Source: Cycas panzhihuaensis (lineage: Eukaryota > Plantae > Cycadophyta). From it: a DNA stretch of 64,000 nt. The position numbers and the translations under genes are program-made. The DNA lies in the NCBI GenBank assembly GCA_023213395.1, contig CM041465.1, positions 125,495,741 through 125,559,740 of the forward strand. The letters run 5' to 3'. The first letter of the stretch is position 1; every line of letters starts with the position of its first letter. The notes beneath the pieces are model-generated. The model was not told the origin of the DNA and searched no databases. It saw only the letters and a program-made list of their open reading frames with translations. Positions 36,586 through 50,061 of this stretch are shown piece by piece.

Positions 36586-37499
36586 CTATTTACCTTAACG
36601 AAAAGTTTGCTTGCTAGGAATCCCTTAAAGGGATAAGGAGGAATTTGGAAGATGGTCATGAGATTCTAGGGGGTGACTTTCACTCTATAGCCAACCTAGG
36701 TGAGGAAAAAGGTAGAATTAGGGTCTTGAAGCAAGTAAGCATTACTTTCTAAGAGTTGATTTTGTCTTAGAGACTCATAGACTTCCTTCTAAGAGAATGG
36801 TCTTTCACTTGGAACAACCTTAGAGGAGGAAAAAGCTCGAATTGCAAAAAGACACAATAAATTCCCAATTAATTAAAGTTTGGTGATTTCTAACAATATA
36901 ATAGAATCTAATATTATAAAGAGAAGTAGATTTAATCATTTGCCTATAAACCTCAATATTATGGAAGACTTTAGGTTGCATAATTCCCCCTTTAATTGTG
37001 AGAAAATTTGGTTCTTCCATCCATACTTTAAAGGCAATGTTAACCAAGGGTGGTTGGTGAGTGACCTTAGTATAGGTTATTATAGGTTTACACTGGAGAA
37101 AGCTTAAATTCCTTAAAAGTCAAAACAAGGAATGGAATAGGCTAGTCTTTTTAGACGGGCTTGCCTCAATGGCGTAGGAAGACGGACTGGCTACGGACAG
37201 GAGAAAGACAGGCGCGGTGATGCGTTCAGATCAGAGCTGGAGACGGGAGGTTCAAGTACTGCATGGGAGAGTAAAAACCAAGGGAAGGCAGTTCCGAGTC
37301 TTAGGTGGCGCGGCGCTGGTTCTTAGAGGCGTAAAGTTGGTCTTTCAGCGCAACGTAGGCAGTTTGAGGCGTTTGCAGGCCACAAGCTTTGAAGTTTTTT
37401 CCTTAAGGCGGGAAGATCGTGCAGTCTGAGACAAGTTCATCGGTGAGTCTTGGCTGGTTAGGTGTTGTTTGAATATGCTTCTCTTATGTTGGTTATAAG

Positions 37500-38957
37500 A
37501 TGCAATCATTTGTGAACCAGTCTCAATCCTCTCCTTCTGGGAGGTCTTTCCTGGAGGTTTTAAGAAATGGAGACCATGTGGAACAAGATATTTCCCCCGT
37601 AAAAATCGGAAACAGATACAAACTATCGATACCTAAAGCAGTCACCCAAAGAACCATTCAATACTGGGAGCATAGCTTGGTAGGCAGATTCTCGGGTCCA
37701 AGGCCTGGTCTGGACATTATCAGGGAGTGGACACGGAACAAATGGAAGACTAAAAACCCTGTTCAAGTCATGGCTATGCCTAAGGGGTGTGTCCTCTTTA
37801 GGTTTTTAAGCCAAGAGGACATGATCCCCATTCTGTTGAAGTCCCACTGGATGTTTGGGCGGAAGGTCATGTCTCTGGAGAAATGGCATCCTGAGTTTGA
37901 CCCAGGTACCCCTGTTGTTAAACAAGCTCCGATTTGGGTTCAGCTTCCTGGACTCCCTTTACACTTTTGGAACCCAGAGACGGTCAATGGGACAGCTAAA
38001 ATGATTGGACCTTTGTTAGCTTGGGATTCAGCCACCAAACACAGATCCAGACTGATGAACGCCAGATTTTGTGTTCAGCTGGTGAATGAACTCCCGGTGG
38101 ACATAGAGCTCGAGTCGGATGGTAAATCCTTCATCCAGGGTTTATATTATGAGACGGAGGCCTTCAGGTGCTCTAAATGTAAGATTAGGGGTCATCTCCC
38201 TTTCCAATGTCCCGGGGTCCCACAGAAGGTGGATACGCCTGTGGGGGGGAAGGAGGTAGATCTAAAGGGGGAGTCATTGATGGAAGAAGATGGTAGGGAT
38301 AGAGGAGAATCTAGAGCAGAGAAAGAGGACAGTGTTGTGGAGGTTTCCCGCAACGATCTAGGAGGGGGGCAGGCAGATCGCGAGACTTGCCTTTCTGGGG
38401 AAAATCCGGAAGGTGCCAATAAGGAGTCTCAGGATGATGGAGGCAAGACGGTGATGGAGGAGAAGATGGTTTTGGATGCTCTTAAAGGCGGTGAGTCTGA
38501 AGGCATCCCCCAAACGGTAGATCCCATGGATCCAAGACGGATGCAGGAGGTAGGGGACCTCAGAACTCCAGTTGAGGAGGAGGAACTGGCCAAACTAGCT
38601 AAGAACATCAACTGGGATTTAGAGGACTATTTTTCTGAGCCTGAGGAGGGGGGCCCAAGAGACAAGAATCAAGAGGAGGGACTGGTGGGCCTTGGTTCTG
38701 AAGGGGGAGCAGGAGGAGGGCCGAGAGGGGCAGAGACCAGTAGAGGTGGAGGAGGAACCCACAAATGGGTCTCGAAGGGTAACACTTCTGAAGTGAGGAA
38801 GGCCCCAGATTATGGGGCGGAGAGAAAGGTGGGCAGACCCCCTAGAAAAGCCACTAGGGATAAAGAGACACAAGCCCAAATAGACTTGGGGTACCAGAGT
38901 ACGCTGAGGGAGGGGGGAGCTCTTGAAGGCCCTAACCTCAGGAGTAGGAGAGGTTAA
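37500..38957 (+). CDS. LINE ORF1 protein (DUF4283 plus zinc knuckle), 485 aa, intact
   Basis: LVGRF...W...FRF, PIWVQLPGLPLHFW, CSKCKIRGHLPFQC. Confidence 0.93.
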   Translation: MQSFVNQSQSSPSGRSFLEVLRNGDHVEQDISPVKIGNRYKLSIPKAVTQRTIQYWEHSLVGRFSGPRPGLDIIREWTRNKWKTKNPVQVMAMPKGCVLFRFLSQEDMIPILLKSHWMFGRKVMSLEKWHPEFDPGTPVVKQAPIWVQLPGLPLHFWNPETVNGTAKMIGPLLAWDSATKHRSRLMNARFCVQLVNELPVDIELESDGKSFIQGLYYETEAFRCSKCKIRGHLPFQCPGVPQKVDTPVGGKEVDLKGESLMEEDGRDRGESRAEKEDSVVEVSRNDLGGGQADRETCLSGENPEGANKESQDDGGKTVMEEKMVLDALKGGESEGIPQTVDPMDPRRMQEVGDLRTPVEEEELAKLAKNINWDLEDYFSEPEEGGPRDKNQEEGLVGLGSEGGAGGGPRGAETSRGGGGTHKWVSKGNTSEVRKAPDYGAERKVGRPPRKATRDKETQAQIDLGYQSTLREGGALEGPNLRSRRG

Positions 38958-38969
38958 GGGGTGTTTCAC

Positions 38970-41900
38970 ATGAAAGTCCTATCCTGGAATATAAGGGGGC
39001 TAAATGCCCCGTCTAAGCAAAGATTGGTTAAGGAGCTCAGGATCAGAGAGGAGGTTGACGTTGTACTTTTGCAGGAGACGAAGGTAGAGCAGTTAAAGGA
39101 AGTCGAGGTGCTTCATAAGATTTGGAGGAGGGGGATGGGGATAACCAGTGTAGGATCGGCCGGAGCCGGGGGGCTGGCTTCTCTGTGGAATCCCAAAAGG
39201 TGGAAAGGGGTTGAGGTGTGCAAGAGCGCCCATTTCCTAACAGTGGGGTTGGTATGCGCCCACACCAACAAGGAGTATTGGATTACCAATATCTATGCCC
39301 CAAACTCGGTTGAGGGGAGGAGGAGATTATGGGAAGGTTTGGTGGAAGCCCATAGAGATTGGAAGGGGCCTTGGCTGGTAGCGGGAGATTTCAATTCCCC
39401 CCTAAATCCGGATGAGAAGAGAGGAGGGCAGAGCGGCTGGACTAGTAGCATGTCAGACCTTGGTGCGTTTATGCAGTCGGGAGGCCTGATGGATGTGCCT
39501 CTCAGGGGGGTAGGTTTACCTGGTCTAATAGAAGACTAGGTACCAATCACATTCAGTGTAGGTTGGATAGGATGGTCATTAACTACGAGTGGGCCTGCCA
39601 CTTTGAAGGTGTGAAGTTAGAGACCTCGCCAAAGTGGATCAGACCATACGCCACTCATTTTGGAGGGATCTGTTCCGTCCCTCCACAAAGGGACGCCATT
39701 TCGATTCGAACTTATGTGGCAGAAACACCCTGAGTTGAATGAGAGGATTCGGGAATGGTGGGGGATCCAGATTCAGGGTTGTGCTATGTTTAGATTTTCG
39801 AGGAAACTAAACTGGGTCAAGAAACAAGTTAAAGTTTGGAACAAGGAGGTTTTTGGAGATATATTTGGAAATAAAAAACTCCTGATAGAGAATCTTAAGG
39901 GGATAGAGGAGAGGATCCAGAGGGAAGGAAGGACCCAGGAACTGGGTTCGGAGGAGCTCTTAACCTCTAGGAAATATGAGGAGGTGCTGGAAAGAGAGGA
40001 GATCTTTTGGAAGCAGAAATCTAGAGAACAATGGATCAAGGAAGGGGACAGGAACACTAAGTTCTTCCATATGTCTACCTTGAGACATAAGTCCCATAAC
40101 AGGATTGCTAAGATCCGCAGTAGGGATGGAGTTGTGTATGAGGCGGAGGAACAGATTGGGAGTATTGCGATGGATTATTTCAAGGAGCTCTACACAGAAC
40201 CGGGTTGTCAGGATCCCGATCTCAGGGCGGCTCTGTTACAATATATTCCTAAAGTGATCACTGAGGAATGGAACAACAAACTGACTGAACCTTTTGCTCA
40301 GGAGGAGGTCGAGGAGGCCTTATTCAAGATGGGACGCGATAAGGCCCACGGGGATGGCTTCCTCCTGGGCTTTTTCCAAGAATATTGGGAGATAATTAAG
40401 GACGATCTGTTGGCGGCGTTTAATGAGTTCGTCAAAAGCGCATAATCAAGGAGTGGCAAGCCACATTTTTGGTGTTGATTCCTAAGAAGGAGGGAGTGGA
40501 AGCCATGGAAGACTTCAGACCTATCAGCCTGTGCAACGTTAAATATAAGATCTTGGCCAAGTTGTTGGCGAACAGGTTGAGAGTATATCTTCCGGAGATT
40601 ATCTCCCAGAATCAAGATGGGTTTGTGAAAGGCAGGCAAATTTCGGACGGTATCATCATTGTCCACGAGACCTTGCATTCGACGATGTCTCGCAAGGAAG
40701 TGGGGATGATCATCAAAACAGATATGTCTAAAGCCTATGATCGGGTGGCTTGGGATTGTCTGTTGCAGTGTCTGGAGGCTTTTGGCTTCGGGGAGGTATG
40801 GAGGGAATGGATGAGGTGTTGTATCTCCAGAGTGTCCTTCTTGGTTATGATAAATAGTAGGTCGACTCCTTTTTTCGCTGGATCGAGGGGTTTGAGGCAA
40901 GGTGATCCCCTCTCCCCCTTCCTGTTCATTATCATGGCGGAGATGTTAGGTAGGGCTTCGATGGAGGCACAGAGGGTTGGGAGGATATCAGGTTTGAGAG
41001 CCTCTTCTCACCTTGAGAATATTGCGCTTCACCAGTTTGTCGATGATAATATTTTTCTAAGCAAGGCTTCGGTGAGGGAGGCTAAGGCCTTCAAACTGGG
41101 ATTTCAGGCATACGAGAAGGCCACGAACCAAGAGATCAACTTGAACAAAAGTGCGGTCTTTTTTATCAATTCTCCGGAGAGGCTTCAGTGTAAGATAAGC
41201 AGAATCTTGGAGATGAACAGAGGCTCCCTCCCCAGTTATTATCTAGGTATGCCGCTCTTTGTGGGAAATCTGGGAAAGGAAATGTGGGACCCTATAGTTA
41301 GTAGATTCAACAAGAAGCTGGCTGGATGGAAAGGGGCCCTCCTTAGTTGGGCAGGGAAAATCCAGCTTCTTGTGGCTTCTTTGCAGAGTATTCCGGTCTT
41401 CCAAATGTCAGTCTTCAAATTGCCGAGCAAGGTCATCTCCATTTTGGAGAGTATCATGAAGAGATTTCTATGGTCGGGTGTTGAAGACAAGAGGAGGTTT
41501 CATCTTGTCGCATGGGACAAGGTTTGCAGGCCCAAGTGGGCAGGTGGTCTTAATGTTAGGAGATTGGACTTCTTTAACGAGGCTCTCCTGGCAAAGGTGG
41601 GGTGGAGGCTCACAAAGGAGGTTGGATCGGCGTGGGGGAAAATCATAGCAAGGAAGTATTTGGGGGACAGTCACCTTCTGTTTGAAGAGGGGCTTTGTCT
41701 GGAGGGGTCCCAGGTCTGGAGAGCTATCAGATCGTCGAGAGGTCTCCTGCGGGAAGGTATGCGCTGGAAGTTGGGAAATGGAGAAAGTATTAAGTTTTGG
41801 GAAGACAGGTGGTGCGGCCACTTTAAATTTGATGATCTGCCTAATATCGGAGTCTTGAAGAGGGAGTGTAAACTGCTTATGGCTCCCTTGTTAAGAATTA

Positions 41901-43143
41901 CCGGGTTGGGGCGGGTGAAAAGGCAGGAAGTGGAGATCGTTTGAGGAAGTTCACAGGCTTGGGAGCTCGTCGAGGTGAAAGAGATCTTAGACAATCAAGA
42001 TATTCCAAGAGGTGGCTCGATTCTATAATTTGGTCTCGCCTTCGGGCTTATATCTGGTTAAAGCAGGTACAACCGTAGGGTGAGCAGAGAGGGTGGGACA
42101 GAGCGACCTCTGGCCGGGGTTTGGAAGTTGGGGTGTTCCCAAAAGTTGCGACTTTTGGTGGCTATGTCTCCAAAACAAATTACTCACTCTGGATAATCTC
42201 TCAAAGAGGGTATCCACTTGGCTAGTAGATGTGTTCTATGTAAGCAGTCATGGAATCCTGGACCACTGTATCCATTGCCCCTACTCCGGGGCATATGGGG
42301 TGCCATGTGGTCCGGGATGGGGTAGCAGGGCCTCTTCTCAAACTCTGGGGGAGCAGTGGTCAGCTTGGACCTCCCCCTTTAAGAGTAAGGCCCTATCTAG
42401 TTTATGGAAGATGATCCTGCCGGTGGGCTGCTGGTGCATCTGGAAGGAACGTAATAGGAGGATTTTTGAAGACAAAGGGAAGGATAACCAGGTGTTGTTG
42501 ATAGAGATCAGGAAAGCCATCTCAGAAATGATGGTTAATCCTAAGGAGGAGAGAATATCTAAAGGGGAAGAAGATATTATGAGCCAATGGGGATTAGTGC
42601 CCCGAGAGGGCGTCAAAGCAAAGAGAAGAGATGTTAAGTGGCACCCCCCAGATGCCTCATGGGTGAAGGTAAATTTTGATGGCGCTGCTAAAGGCAACCC
42701 TGGCGAGGCGGGAGGGGGGGGCCTTTGTAGGGACCATGATGGTAATTTGAGATGGGCATTTGCGGAATACCTGGGGGTTCAATCGAACCAGAAAGTCAAG
42801 TTCTAAGGCGTTGTTAAGGGCCTCTATTCATTGGAAGAGGAAACCGCAAAAGGTGATTTTGGAAGGGATTCGATGTACGCGATAAAATGCTTGAGAGGGA
42901 AGGCGATCTGGATGGGATAATAGTGATATTTTAAGGATATCCAGGGATGGGCCGGTCGCTAGATCGAGGTCAGATTCAAAGATACTTATAGAGAAGGAAG
43001 CGGTTGATTGGCTAATTGGGCAGTGATCAACAAAAGTGTTAAGGTCTGGAAAGAGGACTTCCCGGAGGAGTTAATGAGACTGGTCAGGATGGACGCACAG
43101 GTGGGACTGGACACAGGAGAAGCAATTCAAAATATGGGCTAGA
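38970..43143 (+). pseudogene. LINE ORF2 (APE endonuclease, RT, zf-RVT, RNase H) broken by several frameshifts
   Basis: MKVLSWNIRGLN, LLQETK, GDFN, FRPISLCN, DMSKAYDRV, GLRQGDPLSP, FVDD, KVNFDGAAKGNPGEAGGGG. Confidence 0.92.
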
Positions 43144-46100
43144 CCATGGGCCTGTCATGGTCAATTTATTTATGCCGTTTGGCTTTGATGTACCAGGTTT
43201 GGGGACCTAAGTAAAACCCCCTGTAAATTCATTTTACCTTATCAAAAAAAAAAAAAAAAAGGCTAGTCTTTTTAGACATTTCTTAAGAAAAATAGGTCTC
43301 TTTATAAAAGGATGTCATAAATCTAATAAAATATTATGAGAAATGGGATATGGGATATTGGAGAAGATTGTCTTCTGGGAGGGTTATCTTTAAAAAGAAA
43401 TTAAAGCCAAGAATTGAAATAAGAGATCTTCTAGAAATAAAACTCTAAGATTTGATGCTTTTAAAAACATGATAGGAACTCAAAGTTTTTTTCGTTAAAC
43501 AACATTAAAACACTAAACTTTCTCTAGAATCCTCCTATTAAGGAGTTAAAATGGGAGGATGTTTAATTCTTTGCTTAAGAGTGAAGAATATTTGAGGAGA
43601 TTCTTCATGGACTTAGCTTTTTAACTGCCTCTTACTTAGTAAGATGATGCTAGCACCATTATCTGCTTGGTTATACCAAAGCTTGTTACAAATGACCATA
43701 ATAGATTTCTCCTAAAAGAGGTAACTAAAGAAGAAGTTAAGAAAGTGGTATTTTATATGAAACTAGGAAAAGCTCAAGACCTATATGGTTTTTGTTAATT
43801 TCTACCAAGTCTTATGGCATATTATGGGGGATGATGTGGTTAAAGTTGTCAAGGAATCACAAAGTTCTTTTAAAATGCTTCAGGTTTTGAATACTACTTT
43901 TTTTAACTCTTATTCCAAAAGAGCAAGCTTCTTTACCAATGAATAATTTTAGATTGATTTCCATTTATAACACTTCTTACAAGATTATTTTAAAGGTTAT
44001 GGTGAATCGACTAAAAGAGATTCTCATAGGTTTAATTTCCTAGGAGCTAGGAGGTTTTGTGGGAGGCAGTTAAATTTCAGATGGCATTATTGTTGCTAAG
44101 GAAGTTATACATTCCTTACAATAAAGCAAAAAAAAAAAAAACAACATGTTAATAAAACTTGACATGTTAAAAGCCTATGATTACTTAAATTGGGATTTCA
44201 TTATCAAAATCATGAGTGCTTGTAGGTTTGTTAAGGAAAGGATTGTGTGGGTCTAGCATTACATCTCTTTTACCTCTTTTTCAGTTTTGGTCAATGGTTC
44301 ATCTACTTTGTAATTTAAATCATCTAGAGGTATTAAATAGGGAGATCCTTTATCCCTATACTTATTTGTCATTATGATGGAAGGTCTTGGAGGGCTCATC
44401 ACAAAATAGAGGAAGGATACTCATATGAAAGGGATTCAAATTTATGGGAATGTTGAACCACTTTCACATTTGTAATTTATAGATAACATAATGCACATGA
44501 GATCAATTTTAATGGCTAAATTTAGGGCTTTCAAGAGTGCCCTTAATACTTTCCTTTTGGCTTGAAAGGGTGTTATAAATGAGGATAATTCTAAAATTTT
44601 ATTTTTCAATATTCATACTAAAAATCAATGGAATATCAATAAATGCCAAAATTATCCCCTTGCCTCTCTACTAGATAAGTACTTGGACATTCCTTTATTA
44701 GAAAATCTTTAAGAGAGTAATGTATATGAAGGTGCTTTAAATAAAATCAAAGCTAAGCTATCTAGTTGACATCTTAATCTCCTTTTACTAGTAGGAAGGG
44801 TTATGGCCATCAAATCTATGCTCCAGGCGCTACCTATTTATTTATTTTCAAGGCTTTCATCTCCTCTCAAGATTATTAAAGACATTGAGAAGTTATAGAA
44901 AGATTTTCTATGGAGAGGGTCTCTTATAGAGAAAAATATAGTATTGGTGTCTTAGAATAAGATATGTAGGAGTAAGACTTTAAGGGCCCTTAATATTAGA
45001 TACCTCAAGCTCCTCAATATAGCCCTCAATGCTAAGTTACTATGCAGATGAATAAAAAAAGGACCATTATGAGTTCATATTTAGAAGGAAAAGTAAATTA
45101 AATGGATTACAAAGAAAGGCTTAATCAAAATAAATGATCTTATTAGGAGGTTTGCCATTTGGAATGGGCTCATGTAGGGCCTTGGCTTGGTCTACTCTAG
45201 TTGCTTCTATGAAATTAAGGGTTGGTAGGATGCTCTATTTTCGGAAGATTTATGGGAAGCATGAGAACCATTAAGAAAAATAGGAGAGCTACATTATACA
45301 AGTAATGTTTTCTTAAGGATGGGGTTGACCAAGGTTTTAAATTTCCCATCAAATACCTCTACTTAGGATAATAATGGCTTCTCTATTATGAGAGGTTAGA
45401 AGCATCTTGATTCTTGGTTGGAGGAAATTGGTTTGGAGGATAAAGATGGATTACAGAGCATCCTAAGTAGGAGACTTCTCCCCCACATGGCTAGAGTTGA
45501 TGTTCTTAGGTGGGGTTAAATAGGAACATGCTCTTTTTATGTAATAGAGGCATATAACCTCTGCATGGAGGAAGGTGGTTGATCTAATTATGATAAGGTA
45601 TGGAAGAGAATTTGTCTTCCTAAAATTTGGCCTAAAGTTTTAACCTTTTTACAATAATTGGTATATAACAACATTCTTACTTTGGACAACCTTAGAAAAA
45701 GAGGTTCCATTAGGCCCTTTATATGTGTTATATGCAGTAAAGTAGAATAGGACATCACTCATCTTTTTATTAAGTGTAAAGGTATTTCTAAGGGTTGGGA
45801 TTACTTTGAAATATCTTTCAAAACTATGATTATAAGGGAGTCTAAAATACAAAATTTTCTCAAAGGTTAATGCAACCTCAAGGTGGACTCTCAGATTCTT
45901 TAGAAAACCTAGGACCTTGTTTAGGGTTTTGTGCCATAGAATGTTTAGAAAGGGTGTATTGAAAGAATTTTTAAGGGTAAAGATAGGCTTATGTCTCAAG
46001 TTATCCAACGAATCATGAATAATATAGTAGGGGCTCTATCATTTAGGGATTGGAGGTATGAGGACCTTACATAATCCTAAAAGGATCAGGGCAATCTCAA

Positions 46101-49100
46101 TTTTGTTAGGATAACCCTCAATGTTCCTATGAAGATGTGCACCTAGGGCCCCTCAAAGCCACCTTTGGGGCTCCTTAGGGCACTTAGAGCCACACACCAA
46201 GCCACTTATAGCCTGTAGATGCTGACCACTACTTTTATAGTATGTGTTTGAGTTTTTTAATTGTATTTTTAATATTAATTTGAATATTATTAGATAACGT
46301 ATATGCCCGATTGAGGCACTTTTTGCCTCCACAAAATATTCTATAAATGGGGTGGGAATACCTCCCTGGTATTTTTTAACACCACCAATAATTCAAAGGA
46401 ATACATTAACTCAAGTATGATGATCTCACCATTGTAGTCCTGCTCTATACCTTAGTATCTTTCATTTGGTATCATAACCAACGGGTTGGTTGATATTTGT
46501 TTTTGTTGATCTAACTCTTCATCCACCTAGCGAAAGTGCAACATATGATTACTTGTTGGATTCCTGGCAAGCCCATCTATCTATTGGAGAAATCGATTCA
46601 AAAATTTACCTTCTATGAAAGGAGATCTCATTCTCTAAAGTCAGTCTTCTACAAATTGGTCATAGCCACATCACTAGGTTTTTCATGTTTTTATATATAA
46701 ATATATAATTTTTGAAATATTTCTTTATTATAATTCTTCATATGGTATATACTGCCTTGTTCCCATATTAAGCTTGATTTTTGGCTAAAAAATAGTGATT
46801 TTCTCTCTATTTCTCCTTCCATACTCTCTATTTCACAAGTCTCAGGTCCACATATGGTTATTTTCTTTTATCACTAATAGTTGTGGAGTGATTTAGCACT
46901 GCATAAGGAGATAGTATCTTTCCTAGATGTGTTGGAAGGCCATTCACATTAAATCTTTTCATTTATATACCAATATATAGTCCTTCGATTGATTGTAGAT
47001 ACTGGAGATCTGTGTGATAAGTTTACCATTGTCATTTACCTCTACTAGTGGACCCTTGTTATCCATTGAATCCATCGTAATTCTCTCATTTGCATGCTTT
47101 ATATTTGCGCCCTCTCTACATTCTCTGTTTGCATGGTGTTTTATTCGTGGCATCCCTTTATCTAAGTGACATCTCTCAGGCTGGTCTCTTCTTGGCTCTA
47201 GCTCTATGTGGCCTACTGCTCTTTGGATCCACAACTTTTAAGGCACTTCACCTTAGTCTTAAACTTCCAATCCTTTGAGACTTATCATAGAGGGCAAAAG
47301 TCTCCTTCCCGTCTAGTTGTCAGATGACTCCGTTGTGGGTGACTTTTCCTCTAATAGAACATTCCTAGTAGCTCTCTCTATAGTCCCATTCTTGCTCAAT
47401 CGAGGTTGACCTCCTTCGAGTTTGCACCCATTGCGACATATGAGCAGCTCTTGTTCACTTATCAAATAGCTCCACTGTGAGCGACCTTTGCTCCGAATAG
47501 AACGTCTATAGCGACTCCCTCCCTAGTCCCATCATTGTTTAACAAGCATCAGCCTCCTCCTATTGTGATAGTGGAAAAGTATCCTCAACAGACCATGAAC
47601 GAGTATACGTGAGGAAGTTTTGCTCAGCAGACCATACACCCACCAACTGAGATCCAGCACCATTGACATGTTTACGCCACTGTTATTTCTTTATTTTTTA
47701 ATTATAAATATATTTCTTTTTAAATTATTTTTGTTAATGGATCGACCGGCCTCCCGTCTCATCTGAGATCAATCAAATATGATTGATTTTTTATCAGATC
47801 TCAATTATTTTTCATCTCTGTTCATTGTATTTAATCACATTTGGTTAACGCCCTTTTATTTTTGGTTCAAATCTTTTACTTTTTATATAGTTTGAATTAA
47901 ATCTAATCAAATTTGATTATTTTTGGGATCCGAGTACATGATTTTAACCTAGCCCCCTTTAGTGCTAGCTCCCAGCTACGAGCTTTTCTATATGACCTTA
48001 AGCCCACTCTAAAAAAGGGCTAATGAACATTTATAAATTTTCTTTTATATATATTTTAAATTTATTTTACTCTAAAAGGGTAACTGGAGCATTTTTATCT
48101 ATAACTCCCCACTAAAGTACTAGACTTTGACAAAACTAGTCTTATCGTGATTGTGATTTCACAAGCTTCACTATGGACTAGTCACTTTTTAGATTTAGAG
48201 TTGTTTTGATCAATTTTTAATAGTTTGAAGTTACCTAATTTTTTAGCTTCCAGATTGCTAAACACAAAGAGGTCACTTCACTATTTTCAATATAACTTTC
48301 TCATTTGATATTTGTTTTCTGAACCATTAACTTTGTTGGAAAGTTGATTAAGCCCTCTTCGTGCTAATATAGTTTTTCAAGTGATTCAAAGTTGTTTTGC
48401 AGGTATTTCAGGCTGGTGAAGTTAAGGTACCTAGTCCAACCTAGTTCTTTATTATTTAACATTTTCTGAAATATTTTCTTCAAGATTTTTTAGAATAAGT
48501 TACATTAAAAGGTCTTTAATCTATAAGTGAGCATTTCTATACTTTTTCATAAAGTTATAATATGTTTTTATAATATTTTATCCTTGTGGTTCCTATTCAA
48601 GCCCTAAAAAGGGTCTCTTTACCTATTCTTTAAAATCTTAAGTTGTAGAAATCAGTTTTCTAAACGATCAAATTAGTTAGAAAGGATATTTGATATTCTT
48701 CAGTTTAAAATAGGTTTCACTTAATTCTGACTTCATTTGGTAGGTGTTTGAAGCTAGTTACCCTTAGTTTCTTATTTAGTCCTTATAGGCATCATCTTAT
48801 AGCTTTTCAAGCATTATATTATCTCAAAAGATTATATCTACTTTATTGATTACTAATAGTTTATTCTTGAAGCATTTATTATTCTTTCTTTACATTTTCA
48901 AGTCCTTTTTTATAGTAAAAAGCTAAATTTTCAGTACTTCAAGGTAAATAGAGCTATATAATCAAACGAGTACATTTTGTGTTCTATTTGTTCATTTTCT
49001 ATAAGAAACTTATCATTTTCAGATATTTCTATCATCTAAAGCAAAGGTTGCACTTCAATTTTAGTTTTTCTTTTACTATTTTCAAAAGGATAGCCACTTA

Positions 49101-49424
49101 CTTTTGCATTGATAAAGGTTATTCATTTTTGCTTAAGCTACTCCTTAGCTTTAAAAAATTCAAGCTTAGTTAAAGATCTTATTGATTATCTATACTTTTA
49201 CTATTAAAGGCAGTTATATTTCAAATTCACATGGTTAAAACTTTATTTGATTTGAAAGAAAGGTTATTACTTATATATTCTTTTGGAAAAAGTTTTTATC
49301 TCATTTGTTCATTCTTGCTTAGTGAATATTATCTTTCCTTTTAGTTTTTTTTTGTATAAAAAGAACTTTTCAAAATCCTAAGTAAGACTATAAGCATTAA
49401 TCAATTTATTATCACATTAAAAAG

Positions 49425-49890
49425 ATAAATCCTGAATTGAACAACCTCATTTTTCTAGCCTTGCAAGGGGAACAATTAGGACCCCTGAAGTTACCACCTC
49501 GAATACACTAATTGGCCTACTTATATCAGATGAGGAAAGCCATTAGCTATCAGGTGTATTTGTTGGCAGGCTAAGGTGCATAACCTTTTCTTTATTTGGT
49601 GTTTGGAGACCAAGGCTAGACTTGAAGAGGGTGAGTGCCTTGGTTTGAATAACCTTCACTGCTAGATCTGTCGTTACGCATAAGTCTAGTGCAGGTGGGT
49701 CCATAATTTAGAGGTATGTAAAAACCTTCTTAACAGCTTGCGTACTGAGGTATATTGAGCCTTGACCTCACGTACCAGTATATTTGGTCCCTATTTTGCC
49801 ATCTGTAGGCAGGTGCCACTAGACGGGATAACAACTAAAGGTTTCCCTAGGAGACCCCTAAATTTAGAGCCTAATAACCTTATTAGGTAC
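49425..49890 (+). promoter_or_regulatory. Multi-hairpin structured RNA domain about 170 nt upstream of the gag AUG (candidate IRES-like element)
   Basis: GC-richer island in an AT-rich leader with about 10 stems visible by eye. Function is inferred. Confidence 0.5.
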
Positions 49891-50061
49891 TAGTTCACTT
49901 TTCAAACTTTGGGTAAAACTTGGGTCATTGAAATTTGGTTCAAACTTTAAATTCAAAACCCTTTTAAACATTACATTCAAACATTTTTGAACTTCAAATT
50001 CAAAACTCTTATAAACTTTATCTTTATTTATCACCTTTTTTAATAAAAACCTTTGTTCAAT

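Larger units (their letters stand above)
37157..43260 (+). mobile_element. Young full-length L1-clade LINE with RNase H
   Basis: Perfect 17-bp TSD GGCTAGTCTTTTTAGAC (37140-37156 and 43261-43277), poly(A) 43244-43260, 5' UTR, ORF1 and ORF2. Confidence 0.97.

Noticed and set aside
38192-42697. Several antisense ORFs over the young LINE
   Set aside because: Shadow ORFs of GC-rich coding sequence with no recognisable domains.
46959-47278. Extra ORF (env-like or accessory) in the element 4 leader
   Set aside because: Short, with no recognisable motifs and no support for coding.
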